The notes under the pieces are model-generated. The model did not search any database and was not told the origin of the DNA. It worked only from the letters and a program-made list of their open reading frames with translations. Of a stretch of DNA of 52,889 bases, positions 38,056 to 46,770 are shown one piece after another. A program made the translations under genes and the position numbers. Position 1 is the stretch's first letter. Each line of letters starts with the position of its first letter. The DNA lies in IMG/VR virus record IMGVR_UViG_3300027754_000127, positions 1 to 52,889 of that record. One strand, written 5' to 3'. The DNA is from a virus (taxonomy: Duplodnaviria > Caudoviricetes).

Positions 38056-39231
38056 TTAAGCAGAAATTTTTAATTTAGCGAATGCTTCTGCAAGCTTCAC
38101 TAATCCAGCAACTCTACGAATGAAAGTATATTCAATGATGCCTTCTCTTTTTTGAGTAACTTCGTCTCTAATAACTCTCATATCCATACCAGTTCCAGCA
38201 GCATAACCTCTTGCGAAGTCAGCAAAAACAACTGGATAAGTGCCAGCAGCAATATCAGGTAAGTTAGGAACTTCTAGGTAAGCAAAGCCGTTGATAGTAT
38301 TTGGAATACCAGCAACTAGATTACCAGGCTGCCATAATGGTTTACCAACACCGTCTTCTTGAGCCAACAAAGTAGCTCTAGTTAAACGATTGAAAGCATA
38401 GATTGGATTATAACCAGTTTTCAATTGACCAGTTAAAAGAGTCATTGATCTCCAAGTGATTGCATCAGCTACGCCAGAATTTAATTCTTGAGTAACTACA
38501 CCAGAAGCCATATAACCTTGCAATTGAGTAGGACTAGCAGTTCCATTGGTAATTTGTTCACCCAAAAGAACAGCGAATGCTTCTGCAACATCTTGTTGAA
38601 TTTGGTCAGCAATAGAAACGCCAGCATCTTGTAATTCTTCAATAGTTACAGGAACAGTCACTTGCATTTTTTTCAAAGTCAAAAGCTGTTCACCATATTT
38701 AGAATTAGATAGACTATCTTGCTTACCTTCACCAACCATAGTTGCGGTCAAAAGAGTATTTCTAATTGGAAGTCTAGTGGTTTTAGCACCAACTTTCATA
38801 AAATTAATGACCTTGCTATAATTAGAAATTTCAGTAATTTTCTTAGTAATATCAGTTGAGAATGCTTCAGGAACTAAAGCACCGCCATCAATTAAAGAGT
38901 CAGTGCGAAGATATTTTTTATCAATTTCTGACATACCTTTAATGTCTGATCTTAAAAAAGCATCAAAAGCCTTCATTTCAGCTTTACCTTCTTCTGATTT
39001 ACCATTGTAATCAGCTCTTAGTAAAATAGCTTCACGAGCCTTTGCTTCATTTTCAAACTCTACACGAGCTTTTTTCTCAGTTTCAAGTTCTTTAACCAAA
39101 TCTTGGTTTTTCTTTTCTTGAGCTTCAATAAAAGAAGTAACTTGTGTAGTAACTTCTGTATTGTTAGTTCTTACTGATTCTTGGAGAGCTTTTACAGCTT
39201 CCATCAGATTTTGTGGTGAAAAATCTTTCAT
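38056..39231 (-). CDS. Major capsid protein, HK97 fold
   Basis: Coiled-coil delta domain; DGGALVPE, GKPLWQP and VVFADF motifs. Confidence 0.95.
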   Translation of the reverse strand: MKDFSPQNLMEAVKALQESVRTNNTEVTTQVTSFIEAQEKKNQDLVKELETEKKARVEFENEAKAREAILLRADYNGKSEEGKAEMKAFDAFLRSDIKGMSEIDKKYLRTDSLIDGGALVPEAFSTDITKKITEISNYSKVINFMKVGAKTTRLPIRNTLLTATMVGEGKQDSLSNSKYGEQLLTLKKMQVTVPVTIEELQDAGVSIADQIQQDVAEAFAVLLGEQITNGTASPTQLQGYMASGVVTQELNSGVADAITWRSMTLLTGQLKTGYNPIYAFNRLTRATLLAQEDGVGKPLWQPGNLVAGIPNTINGFAYLEVPNLPDIAAGTYPVVFADFARGYAAGTGMDMRVIRDEVTQKREGIIEYTFIRRVAGLVKLAEAFAKLKISA

Positions 39232-39240
39232 AATATTTAT

Positions 39241-40032
39241 TTAATTAAAATTTATTCCGCTTTTAAGCGAAGTTAATATGTTGCTAAACGCAATTTGATC
39301 CGCCGCATCACGCAACGCTTTAATACTTTCCTCAAGTTCAACATCACATTGATCTTTTTTGGAAAATTCTTTTACTTTTGAAATAAGTGTCTTTGCTTCC
39401 TTACTAGAAAACCCACTTTCTTTCAAAGTTGTTTCAATATCTTTAAGAGAGTTTATCTCACTTAAGTTTTTATCTTGTTTTTCAGAATTTAAAATGTCGT
39501 TAATTTCCATTTTTTCTGCTTCGTCTAGGTCTTCAATCATAGATTTAATTGCAGTAAGCCTTGCTTTGTCGTTCATTGGGAAAGTAACTACTGAACCTTC
39601 CATAAGTTTAGACTTTTTAATAACTCGGCATCTTTTTCCGTCCATAGTTTTCATCTCGCAGTCTTTCTGATCCACGCCATAACCAACGGAGAAGCCAGAA
39701 ATATCACCATTTTTAAGATTTGCATACTTTTCAGCAGCGTTAGGAACTAGATAATTCTGAGTGATTGGATCACGCATCAGGTTAAATTTAGCATCAACCA
39801 TCTTAAGACCGTATTGGTCAGGCTCAATTCTAAATTTTCCAATTGGTTTTTTTGTGTCGTGATCAGCTAAGAGAGGATAAAACTTTCCAGCTGGTTCTTC
39901 GGAGAAGGCTTTAGCGTCAAAGATGTCGTTTCCAAAGTCAATGTTGTTAAATGCGGCAACATATCCTTCAAAAGAACCATCTTCTTGCAGGCTTTTAATC
40001 TCTAGTGTGAATTGTTTATAGTTTATGTCCAT
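39241..40032 (-). CDS. HK97-family prohead protease
   Basis: FEGY, LLADHD, GFSVGY and EGSVVTFPMN motifs. Confidence 0.95.
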   Translation of the reverse strand: MDINYKQFTLEIKSLQEDGSFEGYVAAFNNIDFGNDIFDAKAFSEEPAGKFYPLLADHDTKKPIGKFRIEPDQYGLKMVDAKFNLMRDPITQNYLVPNAAEKYANLKNGDISGFSVGYGVDQKDCEMKTMDGKRCRVIKKSKLMEGSVVTFPMNDKARLTAIKSMIEDLDEAEKMEINDILNSEKQDKNLSEINSLKDIETTLKESGFSSKEAKTLISKVKEFSKKDQCDVELEESIKALRDAADQIAFSNILTSLKSGINFN

Positions 40033-40127
40033 AAGTGGTGAATATGGTTGAAATTATTTTAAATAAACATTGCTTTTAATTTCTTAGCAAGATAAATTTA
40101 CTATTGGTAATAACAAACTACTAATTT

Positions 40128-40358
40128 ATGGCAAGAACAGGAAAATCAGAAGAGTTTATTTTTGTAAAAAAATTTGATAGATTTTTCCCAATTCTTCATA
40201 AACAAGGTAAAATAAAAGAACCCAATAGAGATGCTTTTATGGAATATATTGGTCTTAATAAAAATAGCTGGAAAAACTTTAAAAAAACTGGGATTAAAAA
40301 GATTTATTATGTGGTTCTTGAATTATTAGAGAAAGCATATCCTAAAAAGCCCTTATAG
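40128..40358 (+). CDS. Small basic, possibly HTH DNA-binding protein
   Basis: RDAFMEYIGLNKNSWKNFKK helix pattern; divergent from the head operon. Confidence 0.5.
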   Translation: MARTGKSEEFIFVKKFDRFFPILHKQGKIKEPNRDAFMEYIGLNKNSWKNFKKTGIKKIYYVVLELLEKAYPKKPL

Positions 40359-40422
40359 TTAAGTGATATAACGATTGCCTTGTAAGCATTAGTTCCTAGT
40401 TTGATTCTGGGTGAGGGCAACA
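40349..40422 (+). tRNA. tRNA-Thr(TGT)
   Basis: Acceptor GCCCTTA/TGAGGGC; anticodon loop CTTGTAA. Confidence 0.8.
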
Positions 40423-40427
40423 ATTTA

Positions 40428-40503
40428 GTCAACTTAGCTGATGTGGTCATAGCGGCAGTTTGAAGAACTGTTGAACTTAGTTCGATTCTAAGAGTTGATA
40501 CCA
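40428..40503 (+). tRNA. tRNA-Phe(GAA)
   Basis: Acceptor GTCAACT/AGTTGAT; arm GCAGT-TTGAAGA-ACTGT; TTCGA T-loop; 3' CCA. Confidence 0.85.
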
Positions 40504-40504
40504 T

Positions 40505-40579
40505 TGCGGAGTAAATCATTGGCAGATTATTTGCCTCATAAGCAAAAAGTAGGTGGTTCAATTCCACCCTCCGCAACCA
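40505..40579 (+). tRNA. tRNA-Met/Ile2(CAT)
   Basis: Acceptor TGCGGAG/CTCCGCA; arm TTTGC-CTCATAA-GCAAA; 3' CCA. Confidence 0.88.
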
Positions 40580-40593
40580 AATAAATAAAAATT

Positions 40594-40971
40594 ATGAAAA
40601 CCCAATATAAATTAGAAACATTCACTAGCTTTGGTTTAGAATATTTCTGTAATATCAGTTTAGTTATGTGTCAAGCTAGAACAGAATTACCTAATTATGT
40701 TTCATTTTCAGAAGAAACTCTAAAGAAGTTGGTTGTTCAAATTGGCTGTATGGGTGAGTTTGTTATTGATTTAACTCATAAATCCTTCTGTCAAACGCCT
40801 TATCGTATAGATAATTCCCTAGAATTTGGAATAATTGAGGCTGTAAAGAAAAATATTTCTATTATTGATGAAATTGAAAAAAATGCTGCGGAAGCTTTTA
40901 TTATGGCAGACTTCACATTAAGTCCGAAAGAAAAGAAATTAAGAATTAAAACTAGAAGAGAAAATGTATAA
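40594..40971 (+). CDS. Hypothetical protein
   Basis: ORF downstream of the tRNAs. Confidence 0.5.
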   Translation: MKTQYKLETFTSFGLEYFCNISLVMCQARTELPNYVSFSEETLKKLVVQIGCMGEFVIDLTHKSFCQTPYRIDNSLEFGIIEAVKKNISIIDEIEKNAAEAFIMADFTLSPKEKKLRIKTRRENV

Positions 40972-41091
40972 TCTAACTCGTGAAAACATATTAAATTGGG
41001 CTAAAATGCTTGATGTGCAAGTCAATAAGTATTGGAGTAATAAGAAAATTAAAGCTATTTGCCTTGAAAAACTTAAAAAAGTTGGAGATGT

Positions 41092-41295
41092 ATGAAAAAC
41101 TTAGTCAAATTTGTTTGTAGTAATGGTCACGAACTTAGCAGGTCAAAAGATAAATTTCTTATGACATTTGATGTAAAAGAAATTACTCACCCAAAATTAA
41201 AAAGTCTTAATCTCAAGAATGGGGATTATCTTAAAAAATGTCCTGATTGTAATGCCTCGACAATAATAACTAAGACAATTTGTGAAGAAAATTAA
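41092..41295 (+). CDS. Small zinc-ribbon protein
   Basis: CSNGH...CPDC. Confidence 0.55.
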   Translation: MKNLVKFVCSNGHELSRSKDKFLMTFDVKEITHPKLKSLNLKNGDYLKKCPDCNASTIITKTICEEN

Positions 41296-42989
41296 CCTTT
41301 TGCGTTTTGAATTTGTCTCCATTTAGAATTTGCCCAGCTTCTACCAGAGTTTCCGCCCCAAAGCATCCAAGCAATGTAATGATTTGATGGTTCGCCGTTA
41401 GGTTTTTTGTTTTTTCCTTCATTTACTCCGTGTCTAGCAAAGTAAGATACCATTCTTCCGATAGTTTTAGGGGTAAGATTTTCTCTTGATTTTAACTGAT
41501 TAGCTCTTGCAACTCCGATAGAAGTGCCACCTCTGCCGTATTTTTCTCTTAATTCTAATCCACGAGCAGCATTTCTTGCCATTCTTTCACTTGGAACTAA
41601 ACTAAGTGATTTCTCTTCTTCCATATCTTCTTCCTCGACATCGTCCTCTTCTCCAATACCTTGACTCATACCATTAGCAGCAACACCAAAGTTTTCACCC
41701 TCATCACCTGCAACAGCAACTTGGTTTCCATCAATATAGACTGCATTTCCACCAACATTAGTCTTAGGGCGATCCATATACTTCCTAATTTCATTAATTG
41801 TAAATACACCGCCCTTTTTAAGGGTGGAAATTGATTCAAACATACGAACTTGTAGAGCCATAATGGAGGACTTATCATAACCAATCTTGACTATTTCTTC
41901 TCGTGGGTAGAAATTTTGGTAGATAAAATGATAGTAAAAGTCGCAATACTTGTCTAAAAGAGGTAAAATAGCCTTATCATAAAAATAAAGGTTAGCTTCT
42001 TTAGTGGACGCAGCAGCCGCAAACTCACCTTCAACGGATGGAAGAGAAACATTGAAATTATTATAAATAGCAACCCTCATTCTTCGCATTAACTTCTCAA
42101 AGTCCATATCTTTAAGGTTCATATCCAAAGGAACGGCAGTAAATGGTATTCCCATCAATAAAACATTTCCAGTATTATTTACGCCACAGAAATTATTTTT
42201 AATATAATGTCTACTTTTTTCTAATTGATCTTGGGTTGGCATTGTTGTTCCTTCTTTGGGAGAAAACATCATCTTGGAAGACATCCCATTTTTTAGCAAA
42301 TTGGTATTATGAACAGAAGCTTGTAAATACTGGTTCATTTCCAACTCTACACTTTGTAGAGGTGAGTCTCCGTAAAGACAATTGTTTATAGGATTTGTGC
42401 TTGGCTCTTTGAAGTGTACAAGAACTCCGAATTTATCATCAACGAAAGCTTCAATCAATTGATTATTGAAGTTACGAATTAATCTTTTTGTGAAATATCT
42501 TTGCGTTCCATTTGATGTATAGTAGTAATGGTCCACATAGCCATTTGATCCTGCAACAGCGGTGACGAAATCGGGACGAAGATTAAAAACTTCGTTTGGT
42601 TGGTAGATTATTTTAGTTCCATCAGCGTTAAGAACTCCTGAAAGATAAATATAATTATTTCCAGTAGCGAGGTAATGAATAAAAGCTTCTTTGCGGTAGT
42701 CTATTCCTGTTTGTTGGAAGTTTGGTCTGGAAAACTTCTTAACAAAAGCATTATCTTGTTCGGGTTCTAAACCTTCCTCGCTCTCTTCGTAAGGTAAAAG
42801 CCTAATAGCTGAAGCCTCAGAAGCAATTTTTCCAATAGCATCACCAACAGGAGCTATCTGTGAGTAGTATCTTAAACCAACAGAAGGATTAGCAGAAAAA
42901 GAAAATGAATCGTAGTAGTCTCCAATCATCAGTGCATCATAAGCACCTTTTTTCTCATAGCCAAATTTACTTAGAACTTTTTGGAACAT
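41292..42989 (-). CDS. HK97-family portal protein with a C-terminal extra domain
   Basis: PNFQQT, GNNY, LRPD, YGDSPL and TINEIR motifs; acidic linker, then a YIAWMLWGG domain. Confidence 0.92.
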   Translation of the reverse strand: MFQKVLSKFGYEKKGAYDALMIGDYYDSFSFSANPSVGLRYYSQIAPVGDAIGKIASEASAIRLLPYEESEEGLEPEQDNAFVKKFSRPNFQQTGIDYRKEAFIHYLATGNNYIYLSGVLNADGTKIIYQPNEVFNLRPDFVTAVAGSNGYVDHYYYTSNGTQRYFTKRLIRNFNNQLIEAFVDDKFGVLVHFKEPSTNPINNCLYGDSPLQSVELEMNQYLQASVHNTNLLKNGMSSKMMFSPKEGTTMPTQDQLEKSRHYIKNNFCGVNNTGNVLLMGIPFTAVPLDMNLKDMDFEKLMRRMRVAIYNNFNVSLPSVEGEFAAAASTKEANLYFYDKAILPLLDKYCDFYYHFIYQNFYPREEIVKIGYDKSSIMALQVRMFESISTLKKGGVFTINEIRKYMDRPKTNVGGNAVYIDGNQVAVAGDEGENFGVAANGMSQGIGEEDDVEEEDMEEEKSLSLVPSERMARNAARGLELREKYGRGGTSIGVARANQLKSRENLTPKTIGRMVSYFARHGVNEGKNKKPNGEPSNHYIAWMLWGGNSGRSWANSKWRQIQNAKG

Positions 42990-43037
42990 AAATCTTTATT
43001 ATGGTGAAATAAAGCTAATTTAATAAAGGTTTTTAAC

Positions 43038-43249
43038 TTATTTGCAAGGGAATTCTTTTATAACCCTCTTAATATCCAAACAAACTCTTTCAGGTGGATA
43101 ATCTACGCCTTCAGCTTTCAAAGCCATAATTACTAAAGTTAAAGCTCCAGTAAGACTAGCTTGTAAATCAGATAAAGAATCTATTACATCTTCACACGAA
43201 TTTATTTACTCGATACCAACTCGGTTAATTTCTCCTCAAAGTCGCTCAT
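43038..43249 (-). pseudogene. Frameshifted 70-aa ORF
   Basis: MSDFEEKLTELVSSK-stop; the shifted frame continues INSCEDVIDS...EFPCK. The span is 212 nt, one base short of a whole frame. Confidence 0.4.
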
Positions 43250-43262
43250 ATTTAATTAAATT

Positions 43263-43820
43263 TTATCTTCTTAATATCTCAAATAAGTGAATATTCTTAG
43301 TGATATTTTTCTGATTTACAGCCTGATTAGTTTTATATCCAATATATCTACCAGACCAATTAGAGAAATATTTATCACTCAATTTCTGATTTGACATTAC
43401 TAATTCAAATAATCTATGAGTAATTTCTCCTTCCATTCCATAGAAAAATATAGTTTTTATTGAGTAAATATCATAAAGTAAATCAAGAATTTTCCCAAAA
43501 ATCTCACAAATTAAATTCATATCTTTACAGAAAGATATTAAACATAATTGTTCTATGGTCTGACTTGGCTTTTTAACGCTTAAATTAAAATAACCTAAAA
43601 TATCTTCAGGGCGAAAATCATTTACATCAGCCTTTTCTTTTATTGCCAAATATGTTAAGTTATTCCAATCAGTTCCTATAAATAATTCTCCGTTCATTGG
43701 AACGCCACTTTCTGAATAATTTTCAAAAAAATTAGGAAATTCTTGTAGTTTGATATTAACAGCTTTTTCTAATGAGAGACATTGCTTATTTCTAAGTAGG
43801 ACGATTTTGAATTTTGACAT
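43263..43820 (-). CDS. Hypothetical protein, possible GNAT fold
   Basis: ILGYFNL strand and alpha/beta pattern similar to RimJ/RimL-like proteins. Confidence 0.4.
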   Translation of the reverse strand: MSKFKIVLLRNKQCLSLEKAVNIKLQEFPNFFENYSESGVPMNGELFIGTDWNNLTYLAIKEKADVNDFRPEDILGYFNLSVKKPSQTIEQLCLISFCKDMNLICEIFGKILDLLYDIYSIKTIFFYGMEGEITHRLFELVMSNQKLSDKYFSNWSGRYIGYKTNQAVNQKNITKNIHLFEILRR

Positions 43821-44362
43821 ATAGCGTAGATTTAAATTTCGGTTTTATTTGGGGATAAATTAATAATATTTACCACGAACTAATAGTCAAATTAATTAGT
43901 GATAACAAACTATTATTGCCATAGAGCCATATAAATAAAGGAAACAAAGACTATTGACAAATACAAAACAAAAGAAATATACTTGACAAAATCCTCAAAC
44001 AATGGGGGAATTCAAGGGGGAGGCAGCTAACTAGCTAGCATTTCTCGGAAGAGAAGCCGCAAAAACAAACAAACTGGAGGCAGCTTTATCCAGATAACTT
44101 CTTTCTTTTTTAAATCTTCCAAAAACTCCACCCTCAAACTCAAAAAATTTCTAAAAAATATTAAACTGAAATTCTATTTTCAAATTAGTTAAAAAACTGA
44201 TTTTGGAATAGGGGTGGGTATTCATCAATATTTAGGTCTGGTCTGGAAAAATTTATAAATATCTATTGGGTGTATATTGCATATAGGAGAGGGGGGTGTT
44301 TCGGCTTTTCAAACATAGGGGGTCCAATCATACGCACCAATCAACCCAATAAATACCTGCTT

Positions 44363-44390
44363 ATTTTACATAATGTAGATTATGCAACCA
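44363..44390. other. dif-like XerC/XerD recombination site
   Basis: ATTTTACATAA-TGTAGA-TTATGCAACCA, an 11-6-11 layout; the core matches the E. coli dif core CATAATGTATATTATG at 15/16. Confidence 0.8.
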
Positions 44391-44419
44391 CCATCAAGCC
44401 AATCAACTAAAGGCTCCAG

Positions 44420-45031
44420 TTACCTAACAACTTCGCAATCACTTGACAATAAAGCCTCGCAAGAATCAATCACCATTCGCAACTGCTCTTTGTTTAGCTT
44501 CTTAACTAATGACTTGATTGCCAGCCAAGCTGTATCTGCGTTAACCTCTATAATAATGTTATTGGTATTCTCCAAGCTTGATCCTTTGAACTTAACAACA
44601 TTACTAATCATTGTAGCAACTCCTCTTGAGTCACGCATTTCCCTAACCACTCTCCCACCTTCATTTCCACCCCTCTCTACTACTTCGCTGTTGAAATCCA
44701 AATAGTCTTTTATTCTTTGTGAAATATTTGCATCATCAAGTCCTTTTGCGTTCAAATGCTCCCTAAGATTGCGTTCTTCTTTCTCAATTAAAGCCACTAC
44801 ATTAGACTTTTTAAGATTCTCGCTTGCACTCTCTGCTGCACTTGTCAAACTATATCCCGCACTAATTGCCGCCTGTGTTGCACTAACTGCGGTAGGTAAT
44901 AATTGAGCAAATCTTTTCTGTTTTATAGTAACCCTTTTTTCGGTTCCTCTTATTTTTCTTATTGACTCCCTATTACTTGCACGCTTTGCCGCTTTTCGCT
45001 CTGCTTCAGTCTTGTATTTTTTTGGTGGCAT
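44420..45031 (-). CDS. terS: Terminase small subunit
   Basis: TIKQKRFA...SATQAAISAGYS....ASENLKK (Terminase_2 HTH). Confidence 0.85.
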   Translation of the reverse strand: MPPKKYKTEAERKAAKRASNRESIRKIRGTEKRVTIKQKRFAQLLPTAVSATQAAISAGYSLTSAAESASENLKKSNVVALIEKEERNLREHLNAKGLDDANISQRIKDYLDFNSEVVERGGNEGGRVVREMRDSRGVATMISNVVKFKGSSLENTNNIIIEVNADTAWLAIKSLVKKLNKEQLRMVIDSCEALLSSDCEVVR

Positions 45032-45062
45032 TGTTTATTTTACTTGATTAATAAAAAAATCT

Positions 45063-45193
45063 ATTTTCCTACATTTTCCTACATTTTCCTTAAAGTCAAG
45101 CATTTTCTTACATAATTAAAAAGATAATATAACCCTTTTGACCTTTAAATTAAAGGCTGTAAAGGCTGTTATTTTACTTTCATTTTCCTACAT
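45063..45193. repeat. Five CATTTTCCTA-type direct repeats upstream of terS
   Basis: Copies at about 45063, 45073, 45083, 45101 and 45181. Confidence 0.8.
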
Positions 45194-45249
45194 AAAAAAT
45201 TAATTATTTCATCCCTAAAAATAAAATTGAATTTTTATTAAATAAATAG

Positions 45250-45278
45250 TTGACAAGTAAAACAATTTACCCTATTAT
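45250..45278 (+). promoter_or_regulatory. Sigma70-like promoter
   Basis: TTGACA-17-TATTAT. Confidence 0.7.
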
Positions 45279-45366
45279 AACTCTAATCTTTTTTGATTAT
45301 CTTTTTGAAGCCTGCATTTAAAGGCTTTACCAAGTAAATTTATTTCTAAATAAATAAACAATTTAC

Positions 45367-45394
45367 TTGACACAATCAAAAAAAGATTTATAAT
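45367..45394 (+). promoter_or_regulatory. Sigma70-like promoter
   Basis: TTGACA-16-TATAAT. Confidence 0.7.
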
Positions 45395-45440
45395 CACTAA
45401 AGATTTAAAAACTTTTAACAACAACAAACAATTACAAATT

Positions 45441-45728
45441 ATGAAAATTGCAGAACCAATAACCTTCAAAAGAATTGATAATGATTCAAATGGTAATCCT
45501 CGTTATGTATTCCATTTTTTAGATCTCGCTTCAACATATGAAGAGGCTTTAAAAATTGCTAAAAAAATAGGAGGCAAGAGATTTAATAACAAACAATACG
45601 GCGGCGGCATTGTTATCCAATCTTACAACTTGGAACAGGCCTCTAAATCAATAAGAGAATTAGCAACTATTAATAACTCAAACAACTTTAAAACTTTAAA
45701 ATTATGGAAAACCTACAACAAAAAATAG
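45441..45728 (+). CDS. Early hypothetical protein
   Basis: NDSNGNPRY...YGGGIVIQSYN; first gene after the promoters. Confidence 0.65.
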   Translation: MKIAEPITFKRIDNDSNGNPRYVFHFLDLASTYEEALKIAKKIGGKRFNNKQYGGGIVIQSYNLEQASKSIRELATINNSNNFKTLKLWKTYNKK

Positions 45729-46132
45729 AAAATTTAAACAATCAATCAAATTACAATGAAGCGGCGGAATTGGCGGCCAATACTATGAAAATCAGAATTA
45801 AAAGAGAATGGCTGAAATATGATTATCATTTTGCAGGCGACAAATCGCAAAGGCATATTTTTAAAATCAAATTGTCAAGAAATAATAAATCTTTCTCTTT
45901 TAAGTTTGGGCAATCAATAAAAGACTACGCAAAAGAGCCTACCATTTATCAAATTTTATCCTGTCTTCAGAAGTGCGGGGTTGGAACTTTTGAAAACTTT
46001 TGCGGCGATTTTGGATATGATGAAGACTCAAGAAAAGCGGAGAAGATTTATAAATCAGTTTGTAGGGAGTTTTTAAACATGCAAAAACTTTTTAATGAGA
46101 AAGAGTTGGAAGTTTTGGCATTAATTCAATAA
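45704..46132 (+). CDS. Early hypothetical protein
   Basis: TFENFCGDFGYDEDSRKA motif. Confidence 0.65.
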   Translation: MENLQQKIENLNNQSNYNEAAELAANTMKIRIKREWLKYDYHFAGDKSQRHIFKIKLSRNNKSFSFKFGQSIKDYAKEPTIYQILSCLQKCGVGTFENFCGDFGYDEDSRKAEKIYKSVCREFLNMQKLFNEKELEVLALIQ

Positions 46133-46166
46133 TAATTTAAATAACTAAAAAAAATCAAAAATAATT

Positions 46167-46424
46167 ATGAAAAAATCAGAATTAAAAGTTTTAAAATCTG
46201 ATGCAGAAACATTGATTTTAAAAAAAGCAGGAAAACAAACGCTTGAATTATGGCAGACTACAAGGGGCAAGAAATTTGTTGTAAATACTGATGATTGGCA
46301 CAGCAACTGGGTTATTATTTATGATGATTTTACTTGGGCGGCTGATAATGAAAATATAAATGCGCCAATAAAAAATTTTTTACATAAAAACGGGGAAAAA
46401 CTTTTATCAACTAAAAAAATCTAA
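46167..46424 (+). CDS. Hypothetical protein
   Basis: ORF with an A-rich leader. Confidence 0.55.
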   Translation: MKKSELKVLKSDAETLILKKAGKQTLELWQTTRGKKFVVNTDDWHSNWVIIYDDFTWAADNENINAPIKNFLHKNGEKLLSTKKI

Positions 46425-46428
46425 AAAT

Positions 46429-46731
46429 ATGACAATTAGAAAAACTCTTAAAATCGAATTAAATGACGAACTAGGAACTTTTGAGAAGCAAATTAATCAT
46501 CGAAAAATCACCATAAAATGGTTAAAAGATAGAATCTTGAAATATGACTGGAAATATCAACACAATATTTTAAACCACAAAGATTTTTTGGTAATTTCAT
46601 TTAGTCGGGGTAATGATGCAAAAATTATTGATGGTTTTGATTTAGGTAATTTTATTAAAGAGTTAAAAAATCTTTGCAACGATCAAGAAAGCCCTTTTTT
46701 AAAAAAAACTAATCAAAATATTTGGCTCTAG
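46429..46731 (+). CDS. Hypothetical protein
   Basis: ORF. Confidence 0.55.
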   Translation: MTIRKTLKIELNDELGTFEKQINHRKITIKWLKDRILKYDWKYQHNILNHKDFLVISFSRGNDAKIIDGFDLGNFIKELKNLCNDQESPFLKKTNQNIWL

Positions 46732-46770
46732 GAGCTTTTACTTTTAACAACAACAAACTAAAAAAAATTT

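Noticed and set aside
40307-40576. 89-aa minus-strand ORF
   Set aside because: It is the antisense shadow of three tRNA genes.
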